A DNA stretch of 64,000 nucleotides from the NCBI RefSeq assembly GCF_006345805.1, contig NC_042997.1:80910001-80974000 (forward strand), written 5' to 3'. The position numbers and the translations under genes were made by a program. Origin of the DNA: Octopus sinensis (taxonomy: Eukaryota). Numbering within the stretch: position 1 is the stretch's first letter; each line of letters opens with the position of its first letter. This document shows, in pieces, positions 36,949-49,019 of the stretch. Below the pieces are notes generated by a model. The model saw nothing but the letters and a program-made list of their open reading frames with translations, was not told the DNA's origin and ran no database searches.

Positions 36949-37153
36949 TGAAGGGGTACTGAAAAGTTCCTGGCTTTAAGCATTTTGCAAATGGTTTGGT
37001 TGGAGGCCCAACCTTCAGGGCTTAGAAAAACTGAAGGATTGCTGCAATAAGTATGTGAATCTGAGAAGGGGAATATATTAAATAAAATCATAATTAACTG
37101 ATCCTCATGTATTTTCTTTTACCCAAAGCCAGGAACTTTTTAGTACCCCTTTG
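36949..37153. mobile_element. Mariner-derived MITE
   Basis: TIRs tgaaggggtactgaaaagttcctggcttt / aaagccaggaactttttagtacccctttg; no coding capacity. Confidence 0.8.
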
Positions 37154-37171
37154 GAAATGAGTATAGTAAAG

Positions 37172-38790
37172 AATTCCAGCCCCCTCTTATTCATCATAGT
37201 CCTCCAGGTAATAACAGAAGAATTCAAGATAGGTTGCCCCGGGGTACTCCTCTATGCTGATGATCTGGCCCTCATAACAGAATTACTACCATAACTAGAG
37301 AAGAAATTTCAGGTTTGGAAGCAAGGTTTAGAATCGGAGGGCCTTAGAGTCAATGTTGCAAAGACCAAAGTTCTAGTAAGTAGGAAGGTGAACACATCAT
37401 AACCCCCTTCAGGTAGGTGGCCCTGCTTGATCTGTAGAAAAGGTGTAGAAATTCCATAAGATGTACCCAGTGTAAGCTATGGACACATAAGAGGTGTAGC
37501 AACATCAAAGGAAGATTAACCAGGAAGATAGCTTTCACATGCAGCAGATGCATAGGGGCAATAAACACCACAGATGCTCAGAAAACAAACTCCATCACAC
37601 GCCAGGGGAAGAAACTAGAAGTAGTGGATAGCTTCTGCTACCTAGGTGACCAAGTCTGTATTGGGGGTGGATGCTCAGAGAGTGTTATCACTAGATAAGA
37701 ATAGCCTGGGCAAAGATCAGAAAGCTTCTACCCCTACTGGTGACAAAGGGCCTCTCACTCAGAGTGAAAGGTAGATTGTATGATGCATGTGTGCAAACTG
37801 CTATGCTTCACAGCTGTGAAACATGGGCCATGACTACTGAAGACATGTGTAGGCTCAAAAGAAATGAAGCTAGCATGATTCGCTGGATGTGTAATGTCAG
37901 TGTGCACATACGACAGAGTGTAAGCATCCTGAGAGAAATGTTAGACATAAGAAGCATCAGATGTGGCATGCAAGAGAGACATTTGTGTTGGTATGGTCAT
38001 GTACTGCAGATAGACGAGGAGAGTTGTGTGAAAAAGTGCCACTCTCAAACAGTGGAAGGAATCCGGGGTAGAGGGAGACCCAGGAACACATGGGATGAAG
38101 TGGTGCAGCATGACCTTTGAATGTTGGGGCTTATAGAGGCAATGACAAAAGACCGAGACCTCTGGAGGTATGCTGTGACTGAGAAGACCCAGCAAATAAA
38201 GTGAGTCCACAGCTGCAGCCTACACCAGTGTCGCATAACCAGTCCACTCAAAAGTACCTTGGATTGTAGGGCGACATGCCATGCTTGAGGAGACCTATTG
38301 AGTCTAGTACATCAACATCAGCAATATCAAAATCAAATCAATGGAAATTGTAGTTGTGAGCCCCATACCAGTAGCATGTAAAAAGCACTATCCGAATGTG
38401 GTCGATGCTGAGTCAAGTACATCAACATCAGCAATATCAAAATCAAATCAAATGGAAATTGTAGGTGAGCCTCATGCTAGTAGCACATAAAAAGCATCAT
38501 CTGGATGTGGCCGATGCCAGTGCTGCCTTGATAGGCTTCCATGCTGGTGGCACATAAAAAGCAATATCCAATCATGGTTGATGCCATCTCCTCTGGCCCG
38601 TTGTGCCGGTGGCACATAAAAAGCACCCACTACACTCTTGGAGTGGTTGGCGTTAGGAAGGGCATCCAGCTGTAGAAACACTGCCAGATCAGATTGGGAT
38701 CTGGTGCAGCCTCCTGGCTTCCTAGGCCCCAGTCGAACTGTCCAACCCATGCCAGCATGGAAAACAGACATTAAACGATGATGACCATGA
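37172..38790 (+). mobile_element. 5'-truncated RTE LINE
   Basis: SPLLFIIVLQ, LLYADDL (~37250), ORF 37740-38120 (KGRLYDACVQTAMLH...GRGRPRNTWDEVV), 3' UTR with internal repeats, (GAT)n tail. Confidence 0.9.
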
Positions 38791-38835
38791 TGGTGATGAT
38801 TGTTACTGGCGTCGCCTTACTGGCACTTTGATGAT

Positions 38836-39277
38836 CATGATGGTGATGATTGTTACTGGCGTCGCCTTACTGGCACTTATGCCTGTGCTAGTGGGGTGTC
38901 AAGAGCACCATCCGAGCGTGATCGTTGCCAGTGCAGCCAACTGGCTTCCGTACCCATGGCACGTAAAAGGGCACCATTCAAACGTGATCATTATCAACCT
39001 CGCTTCACCAGCACAGGTGCCGGTGACACGTGTAAAAAGATTCAAGTGAGGTCATTGCCAGTACCGCCTGACTGGCCCCTGTGTCAGTGGCATGTAAAAA
39101 GTACCCACTACACTCTCGGAGTGGTTGGCGTTAGGAAGGGCATCCAGCTGTAGAAACTCTGCCAGATCAAGATTGGAGCCTGGTGCAGCCATCTGGTTTG
39201 CCAGCCCTCAGTCAAATCGTCCAACCCATGCTAGCCTGGTAAGCGGACGTTAAATGATGATGATGATGATGATGATG

Positions 39278-39290
<13 letters not shown>
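38836..39290 (+). mobile_element. Second RTE 3' UTR copy directly after the first
   Basis: ggagtggttggcgttaggaagggcatccagctgtagaaac...ggacgttaaatgatgatg tail. Confidence 0.85.
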
Positions 39291-39322
<32 letters not shown>

Positions 39323-42300
39323 TACATACATGCGTTTGTGTATGTGTGTGTGTAATGAAATAATACTGTATAATAATAAATTAGCATTTGTAAGAAAGAA
39401 AGAAAGCAATGTTAGCAGATGAACAGATAATAACATTTCTGGTAGACTGAAACTGAACCAGCACTTCATGTGCAGCAAGTTTCATTAAAAGAGCAGACAA
39501 AACATACATAAAAGACAGGCACAAATGATATAGATAACAGAGGTAGTGGTGGTGGTGGTGGTGAAGGGGTTGCTTGAATTGGCAGATGTGTCATATTAGT
39601 CAAGTGAACTGACATGGAGGGTTATAGATAGCAAAAATGGCTGAATTTAGCAAGTGTTGAGAACATTGACAGTACACACACACACATACACACACGCATA
39701 CACACACACACACACACATATGCACACACATGCTCACACACACATTTTCCTTCCTTACAAATAGACATTCAAGTAAGACGTTTGAGATGTATGTGATAAC
39801 TTATGAAAGCATAACAGAAGCAAGGAAGCTAGGAGTAAATATGTTGACAATAAACATGAATAATATATCAGTCAATACATTAATTCCTTCTCCTGTGAGA
39901 ATATTCACTATTTGCCTTATACCACAGCACTGTTGATATGTCAGTGGTGAAGCAACATAAATACACACACAGAAACAAACATATACACTCATGCCCACAA
40001 ACTTATTCACATAATACATGCCTAAATGCACAACTACATGCACACACAGGCATATAAGAAAATACAAAACATATTCTTTGTTGTGTAAAAGATAGCTGTA
40101 CAACTGCAAGTTAATTTATCAATCAACTTTTACAACCTTTGGTTTAATATCAGCCTGTGTCCATTCTCTGTCTATTTTGCTCCTCTGAAATTATCAACTT
40201 GTGAACACTTTCATAAAGATTGCAAGTTCTATTCTCTCTCAACTCATCTCATTCCACTGACTCTATCTTAACCTTTCTCTCCAGATCGTATAATAAATAT
40301 TTTACCCTAATCTTCTTCAAAAGGTTTTCATTCATCTGAAACTTCCTTTCTCTTAATGTTTCCTTCCGGTTCATTATTCTCTAGCAATTATCCATATTAA
40401 TTTCATATTGAATAACCTACCCTGCTCTTTTCTATGGCATTACACTTCTGCTTCAACAAAAAAGCAATGAAAATAGCAGAAAAGTATGTTACCCTGCTGA
40501 ATATTACAACCTGGCTTTTGGGTACCTTTAGTAGAATCCAGTCTGATATAAGCATTTGGACCACATCTCTTTTCTGAGGATAGTTGTGAGATTTCCTACA
40601 TCAGTTATGGCATCTTTGCCAACTCTCATCAAGTTCAGAGTCCTTGAGAAGATCATGAGCACTTCCCTGTCTCTTTTAATGAAGTCTGTTTGGCATCAAG
40701 TTATTATTTCTTATTTTTTCTGGTTCTATTAGGAAAGTAGAGAGTAGAGATGACTAGTGTGACAAGAGTTAGGCAATCAGCTCATCAGGCAGTAATTCTT
40801 ATTCTGCCTCTTTGAATTTTGTTGTGTCTGTGATTACAACAGCTCTCAATGCATGTGCTTAACTAGCTTTAAGGAGTTACTGCATTCTATTACTACTATC
40901 CATTGTTAAAGGTGTAAATGCATGCACAATAGGTAATGACCATCAATCTGTTAAAAAAAAAGATTAGTTTGCTGCTTGATTATTACATATGCTGATGGTA
41001 TTTCAAAGCTCCTATTTTGTTCACTTGTAACCAAGCTGGTAAGTGAGTTGGTAATACAGTTTAACTGTTGTAATTGACTGAGTGACTTTACTGTCCTATG
41101 GAAGTTATTAAAAGTTAAATTTCAGTTTGAAGCTCTTAACCCTATATCACATGTCAATTTACATTTACGACACTACAATTTTGACCTAAGTTGACTCATT
41201 ATAAGCCTGTCACCACAGTATGTGGCGAGAAGAAGCTGATAAAATCAAAATTACTTTACATTAACAGTGAATGAGGTAAATATTTATATACCAATTTCAC
41301 ATGTGAGAAAGGTAAAAATGCATATGCTGATGTCATACAAAGTTTTGATAATTTCTGTACACCAAAAATTAATCTCTTTAATGTTAGAAATCAGTTCCAT
41401 TTTACAAAACAAAATGATAGATGAAACTGAGAAAAAGGTGTGTGCAAGTGAGTTTAATGATTTGACTGACAGTTTAGTTTTGGATACATCGATCCTTGGT
41501 CATTGATATACAAACACACAGAAACTGACAATCTTGTTTTGTCTGAAGCTATAGTCATTGTATCAAGAATTGATGAAACCAACAGAGAATCAAGTAGTGA
41601 TAATGTTATGCACACTGTTGAATATGTAGGTGGGAGTATCTGAAAGTACAAGATGAACTAATGCATGTCCAGGGCACACTAGTCAAAAGCTACAAACTTG
41701 TTACTTTCTAGGTAATGAAAGAAATACTTAACTATATACACGTACAAGTCATATTTAGGTGTATCTAAAGAGAACAAGAAAATTACTACATTGGCATATG
41801 ATGCTAGCAGACATCATTGATCTGTTTGATAAATATAATGCTTGCATGCAGCACCAAAGACACTGAAACAAAGAAATGCATAAAACAGTATCAATGCTGG
41901 AGTTACTATGACTAACTGTGAGGGAATATTTTTTTATTACAAGAAATTTCAACTTCTTGTATTTATGGACTAGTATGGTGAATCCATTGACTATTATACT
42001 CTGTTACATATAAAAAAAAATCAAACGGTCATTAATCACTGCAAATCTCAGTCTGTAAGACTGTGAAACCTGTGACAGACAATGGTGACTAATTTGGCAA
42101 CTGTTTGTTCAAAGAATTCTCAAACACTTGACATTTTGAGCCTGGAATTTCCAGATCTCCATATCCACATTCTAATAGCATGATAGAGTAAGTCTTTGAA
42201 ATTTTGAAATCACTACCAGCGAGAACAGATGATCCAAACCTTTCCCTTTTAGATTATTGTAATATATACAAATCATGGAATTTACCTGTAGTTCTGTTAT

Positions 42301-43110
42301 TTGGTTAAAGATCAAAACCTTACTACCTATTGCAATTTCCCATTGAAACTTTGTATATCTGGGTACTCAAAACCTCATTTAAAGGTAGGAAGGGCAAAAG
42401 CTTATATGTATATTAACAAATCAAAGACGTCCTCCCCACCACACACACACACTCTAAAGAGGTGAGAAACAGTGCAAATGACTACAAATGGGTGGGCACC
42501 AGAAAAGATCAGTAAAAGAATAATATAGTCAGAATAACTATCAAGAAAACAGAAAGCAGCTTTGCAAATAAACAGATGCAAAACTATCTCTACTCAATAA
42601 CTCATGATGAATCTAATGCGGTTCCTGATCTTATGAAATATGCTACACTTACAAGCAAATCAGTAAGCACTCATTCACCTACAGACTGAAAAAGTTAGAT
42701 GCAGAATAACTGGAGAACCAATAAATGCTAATCCACCTGCTACAAAGACAGTGGGAGAAAGAGCCAAAAGCCATCTGATCTAACAATAAACTACCACTGT
42801 TAGATACCTGTCTAAAACTTACTGTTGACATGTCTAGGCAACCTTTTCTTTGTGATTCTTTTAATGTTTACTTTTCTGTTTTTGATTTTTATGCTGTGTA
42901 CTGTGTAAATACTTCTAGCCTTCTTTGCTAGCTTTCTTTACTTAACTTATATGTCAGCTCTCTGTCCCTTCTTTTAACCTTGTCTGGTGAGTTGTAATGA
43001 ACCTGAGCAGTGTATGGAATAAGCTCATCATCAATGGCATTGACATTGGCACCACCACTTTCTTCATTATCATTATAGTTATTATCATTTTTATCATTAA
43101 ATAAAAGAAA

Positions 43111-43160
<50 letters not shown>

Positions 43161-43345
43161 GCAGCAAGCTGGCAGAATTGATAGCATGCTGGACAAAATG
43201 CTTTGTGACATTTTGTCTGTTCTTTACATTCTGAGTTCAAATTTCACTGACATAGCCTTCACCTTTCATCCTTTCAAGGTTGATAAAATAAAGTCCCTTC
43301 CCCTAAACATGCTGGCCTTGTGCCTTTGGTAGAAAGGATCATTAT
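43161..43345 (+). mobile_element. SINE family 2 within an (ATT)n tract
   Basis: gcaagctggcagaa...ttctgagttcaaat...ctttcatcctttc core. Confidence 0.75.
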
Positions 43346-43527
43346 TATTATTGTTGTTGTTGTGCATTTGAAATGCAGAGATACTATCAAGTAACACAAA
43401 TTCTGGTTAGCCAGATAAACATTTTTCTAAGTATTACAGAATTAAAAACCTTAATTTCATTTGCAGTAGACAATCTATAGAAAGTAAAAAAATGTATTAT
43501 GAGTTGTCTTTTCTTACACATTTCATG

Positions 43528-43564
<37 letters not shown>

Positions 43565-43591
43565 TGTGTGTGTGTGTGTGTATACATATAT

Positions 43592-43619
<28 letters not shown>

Positions 43620-43643
<24 letters not shown>

Positions 43644-44006
43644 CATCTATATATATAAAAGAGAGTTTGTGTATGTGTATGTGTTTGTGTGCGTGTGTGC
43701 TCCTTATGCATTCAAAAACTGAGTTGCCAATTTTGACATATGAGGGGTCAAAAGATTCAGTAATCTTTCGGCTACCAAATAAATTTTCATTTATATATTT
43801 TCTATGTTATCTCAACAACCAGCTATAGTTTTTTGAAAGACACTGCTTTACAATGACCGGGTTTGATTAGAAAGTGAAAATAGTTTCACACTTTTAATTT
43901 GAACCTAAATTACAAAGTGTTGCATTTCAAGAGTGACAATGTGTGAATATTAAAAGTAATGTTTCTCCAAATTAGTCACATTTGTACTATAATAAAGAAA
44001 GCTGCT

Positions 44007-44050
<44 letters not shown>

Positions 44051-44051
44051 C

Positions 44052-44086
<35 letters not shown>

Positions 44087-44091
44087 CTCTT

Positions 44092-44154
<63 letters not shown>

Positions 44155-44519
44155 TACATCTATATATATAAAAGAGAGTTTGTGTATGTGTATGTGTTTG
44201 TGTGCGTGTGTGCTCCTTATGCATTCAAAAACTGAGTTGCCAATTTTGACATATGAGGGGTCAAAAGATTCAGTAATCTTTCGGCTACCAAATAAATTTT
44301 CATTTATATATTTTCTATGTTATCTCAACAACCAGCTATAGTTTTTTGAAAGACACTGCTTTACAATGACCGGGTTTGATTAGAAAGTGAAAATAGTTTC
44401 ACACTTTTAATTTGAACCTAAATTACAAAGTGTTGCATTTCAAGAGTGACAATGTGTGAATATTAAAAGTAATGTTTCTCCAAATTAGTCACATTTGTAC
44501 TATAATAAAGAAAGCTGCT

Positions 44520-44567
<48 letters not shown>

Positions 44568-44568
44568 C

Positions 44569-44607
<39 letters not shown>

Positions 44608-44612
44608 CTCTT

Positions 44613-44670
<58 letters not shown>
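43620..44670. repeat. Tandem duplication, two ~513-bp units
   Basis: Sequence recurs at +513 (ORFs 43959/44472); the units differ by one ATCT microsatellite unit. Confidence 0.9.
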
Positions 44671-45078
44671 CTCTTTACTCCTTACTCTTTTACTTGTTTC
44701 AGTTATTTGACTGCAGCCATACTGGAGCACTGCCTTTAGTCGAGCAAATCAACCCCAGGACTTATTTTTTGTATGCCTAGTACTTATTCTATCGTTTTCT
44801 TTTACCGAACCGCTAAGTTACAGGGAAGTAAACACACCAGCATTGGTTGTCAAGCGATGTTGGTGGGGACAAACACTGACACACAAACACATATATATAT
44901 ACATATACATATATATGACAAGCTTCTTTCAGTTTCGTCTACCAAATCCACTCACAAGGCTTTGGTCAGCCCGAGGCTATAGTAGAAGACACTTGCCCAA
45001 AGTGCCATGCAGTGGGACTGAACCTGGAACCATGTCATTGGTAAGCAAGCTACTTACCACACAGCCACTCCTGCGCCT
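44670..45078 (-). mobile_element. Full-length SINE family 1
   Basis: Reverse complement of 9692-10130. Confidence 0.9.
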
Positions 45079-45204
45079 ATATATATAAGCGATAAAGTTG
45101 AATTTGTAAGCACACACACACACATACATGTTCATTTCATGTACATGTACATATATCTTTCACTTTCTCCTCTCTTTCACTTTCTGCTAACTTCAAAGCA
45201 TATC

Positions 45205-47335
45205 ACCATCGTCGTTTAATGTCTGCTTTCCATGCTAGCATGGGTTGGACGGTTTGACTGTGGGCTGGCAAACCAGATGGCTGCACCAAGCTCCAGTCTT
45301 GATCTGGCAGAGTTTCTACAGCTGGATGCCCTTCCTAACGCCAACCACTTTGAGAGTGTAGTGGGTGCTTTTACGTGCCACCGGCACGGGGGCTGTTAGG
45401 TGGTACTGGCAATGACCTCGCTCGAATTTTTACACATGTGCCAGTCAGGTGGTACTGGCAACGACCTCGATCAAATTTTTCAGGCCAGAGAGGCAGTACT
45501 GGCAACGACCTCGCTTGAATTATTTTACACATGCCAATGGGATGGGGCTCTTGGCACCCTACTGGCACAGGCGCAAGTGCCAGTAAGGCAATGCTGGTAA
45601 TGGTCCCGCTCGAATGGTGCCTCCTACATGCCACCAGCACAGAAGCCAGTTAGCCACTCTGGCATGATCACGCTCAGATGGTTGCTCTTAGCACCCTACT
45701 AGCATGGGGCACAAGTGCCAGTAAGGCGAGGCTGGCAATGATCACGCTTGTATGGTGCTCGTGCCCATCATTGAATTTCCCTTTGATTTTGATTTCGGTT
45801 TCGATTTCACTTGCCTCAACAGGTCTTCGCAAGCAGAGATTAGTGTTCAAAGAAGGAAAAGGTATGCACAAGTGGGCTGGTTACACCCCTGGCACAGGCA
45901 AATGAGGTTATGGTCTCATTTGGTTTGCTGGGTCTTCTCAAACACAGCATATTTCCAAAGGTCTCGGTCACTAGTCATTTCCTTGATGAGGCCTAAGGTT
46001 CGAAGGTTGTGCTTCACCACTTCATCCCAGGTGTTCCTGGGTCTACCTCTTCCACAAGTTCCCTCAACCGCTAGGGTGTGGCACTTTTTCACACAGCTAT
46101 CCTCATCCATTCTCACTACATGACCATACCAGTGCAGTCGTCTCTCTTGCACACCACATCTGATGCTTCTTAGGTCCAACTTTTTGCTCAAGGTACTTAC
46201 ACTCTGTCGAGTATGCACACTAACATTACACATCCATCGGATCATACTGGCTTCATTCCTTGAGAGCTTACGCATGTCCTCAGCAGTCACAGCCCATGTT
46301 TCACTGCTATGTAGCATGGCTGTTCGTACACATGCATCATACAGTCTACTTTTTACTCTGAGCAAGAGGCCCTTTGTCACCAAGAGGCCCTTTGTCAAAG
46401 CTCTCTGAACTTTGCCCAAGCTATTCTTATTCTAGCAGCTACACTTTCAGAGCACCCTCCCCCACTACTGACTTGGTCACCTAGGTAACAGAAGCTATCA
46501 ACTACTTCTAGTTTTTCTCCCTGGAATGTGGCGGAAGTTGTTCTCTGCACATTGTCAGTGTTTATTGCACCCAAGCATCTGCCACATACAAAAGCTATCT
46601 TCCCAGTTTGATATTACTGCACCTCTTATGTGTCCATAGCTTACACTGGGTACATCTTATAGAGTTTCTACCTACTCCTCTACTACAGATCGAGCAGGGC
46701 CATCTTGAAGGGATTTGTGGTTTGCCTGCCTTCCTGCTTATTAGGACTTTGGTCTTAGCTACGTTGACTCTAAGGCCCTTTGATTCTAATCCTTGTTTCC
46801 ACACTTGAAACTTCTCCTCTAGTTCTGATAGTGACTCAGCAATTAGAGCAAGTTCATCAGCATAGAGGAGCTCCGAGGGGTATCATGTCTTGAATTCCTC
46901 CATTGAGGAACTATGATAAATAGGAGGGGGCTGAGGACTGAACCTTGGTGGACTCCTACCTCTACCCTGAATTCTTCACTGTACTTGTTGCCAACCCTCA
47001 CCTTACTGAAAGTGTCCCTGTATGTGGCTTGCACAGCTCTCACTAACCATTCATCTATCCCTAGTTTCCTCATTGACCACCAGATAAGGGATCGGGGGAC
47101 CCTGTTAAAGGCTTTCTCCATGTCAACGAAAGCGAGGTACAGGGGCTTATCTTTGGCTAGGTATTTCTCCTGCAGCTGTCTTACCAGAAATATAGCATCA
47201 GTGGTGCTTTCCCTGGCATGAAACCAAACTGCATCTCATCCAAACTGACTCTCTCCCTAATTAGTTGGGCTATGACCCTCTCCGTGACCTTCATTACCTG
47301 ATCCATCAGCTTGATACCTCTGTAATTATTTTATC
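45205..47335 (-). mobile_element. 5'-truncated RTE LINE with RT
   Basis: ORFs MEKAFNRVPR...GVHQGSVLSPLLFIIV (46843-47121) and 45916-46419; NYRGIKL at the 5' break; 3' UTR with ~41-bp tandem units; tail at 45205. Confidence 0.92.
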
Positions 47336-47339
47336 CGAG

Positions 47340-48110
47340 ACCTTTGGAGTTATGCTGTGCTTTAGAAGACTTGGCAAGCCAAGTGAGATCATAGTTGTGG
47401 CCAATGCCAGTGTCACATAACTGGCCCATTTAAAAGTACCCTTCAATCATCAGGCAATATGCTGTGCTTGTAAAGACCTGTTGAACCAAGTGAAATCATA
47501 GTCATGGCCAATGTCAGTGCCACCTGACTGGTTCCATGCTGGTGGCACATAAAAAGCACCGTTTGAGCATGGCTGATGCCAGTGCCATCTGACTGGCGCC
47601 CATGCCGGTGGCATGTAAAAAGCACCATCTGAGCATGACTGATACTAGTGCTGCCTGACTGGCTCCCATAGTGGTGAAACATAAAAAGCACCCACTACAC
47701 TCTTGAAGTGGTTGGCGTTAGGAAGGGCATATGGTTGTAAAAACCTTGCCAAAAGGGTGGCAAGCTGGCAGCAACGTTAGTACGCTGGGCTAAATGCTTA
47801 GTGGTATTTCGACTGCCTTTACATTCTGAGTTCAAATTCTGCCGAGGTTGACTTTGCCTTTCATCCTTTCGGGGTCGATAAATTAAGTACCAGTTAAACA
47901 CTGGGGTCGATCTAATTGACTTAATCCCTTTATTTGTCCTTGTTTGTCCCCTCTATGTTAGCCCCTTGTGGGCAATAAAGAAATAAGAAATCTTGCCAAA
48001 TCAGATTGGAGCCTGGTGCAGCCTCCCGGCTTGCCAATCCTCAGTCAAACCATCCGACCCATGTCAGCATGGAAAGTGGACATTAAATGATGATGATGAT
48101 GATGATGATG
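47340..48110 (+). mobile_element. RTE 3' UTR copy interrupted by a SINE
   Basis: Tail sequence stops at 47752 and resumes at 47988; ends ggacattaaatgatgatg. Confidence 0.8.
47753..47987 (+). mobile_element. Full-length SINE family 2 with 12-bp TSD
   Basis: TSD aaaccttgccaa (47741-47752) / aaatcttgccaa (47988-47999); tRNA-like B box gagttcaaattc. Confidence 0.88.
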
Positions 48111-48152
48111 ATATTATATATATATATATGTATATATGTACACACACAATAG

Positions 48153-48241
<89 letters not shown>

Positions 48242-49019
48242 TATATGTACACACACAATAGATGTATATGTATATATATGTACACACAATAGGTGTCAAT
48301 AAAACATCTACAATCCACTTTATCTAAACAGCTACCTGATTAATGTTTGTTAACCATGATAAATAATAGTAGGCAGCTGAAACACTGTTATGTTGATCAG
48401 TGATTTGTTGATATATCCTAAATTCAATATCTCCTGAGAGCAAATTACTTGTAAAAGACTGGTGTCTTATCAATCAAAGAGGTGGTGAAATGTCTCTCAT
48501 CTATTTTCAAGTCTATAAATTCCTGAAACAAAACATTGTCAAAATAATAGTGAAGAACTGCAAGCGATGACGTCTAATCTGTGCATGACATAAGTTAACA
48601 TTGTATCCCATTCTTGGATTTTAGAGGCACTCAGAGTGTTTAGTGTAGCTGAAAACCTCATCAACGTCCTCTATGCAAATATGAAACACTAGGGATGTTG
48701 GTGAATGAGAATTCATTGGAGACTGCAACCTTTAAAAAGAAAGGTATCTTTGAGGGTGACTTTCCTTTATTTTAGTATTTATTATTTTGTAGTTGGCAAG
48801 CTGATATAATAAATAGTGTCAGACAAAATGCTTAATGGTATTTCTTCTGGCTCTTAATGTCTTGAGTTCAAATTCTGTTAAGGTCAACATTGCCTTTCAT
48901 CCTTTTGGTGTTGATAAAATAAAGTATCAATGATGTATGTAGCAGAAGGTGGTGGTGGTGGTGGTGATGTAAGGAACCTGCCCCAACCCTTAAAAACTGC
49001 TGGCTCTGTATCAAAATTT

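Noticed and set aside
40780-40795. Minus-strand CCTGATGAG as a hammerhead core
   Set aside because: No downstream GAAA box or stem II.
42080-42250. ~55-codon open frame on the minus strand and a gtaagt donor on the plus strand
   Set aside because: No convincing acceptor and no recognisable homology; expected by chance.
45400-45560. CRISPR-like direct repeats
   Set aside because: Degenerate tandem units in an RTE 3' UTR without unique spacers; eukaryotic context and no cas genes.
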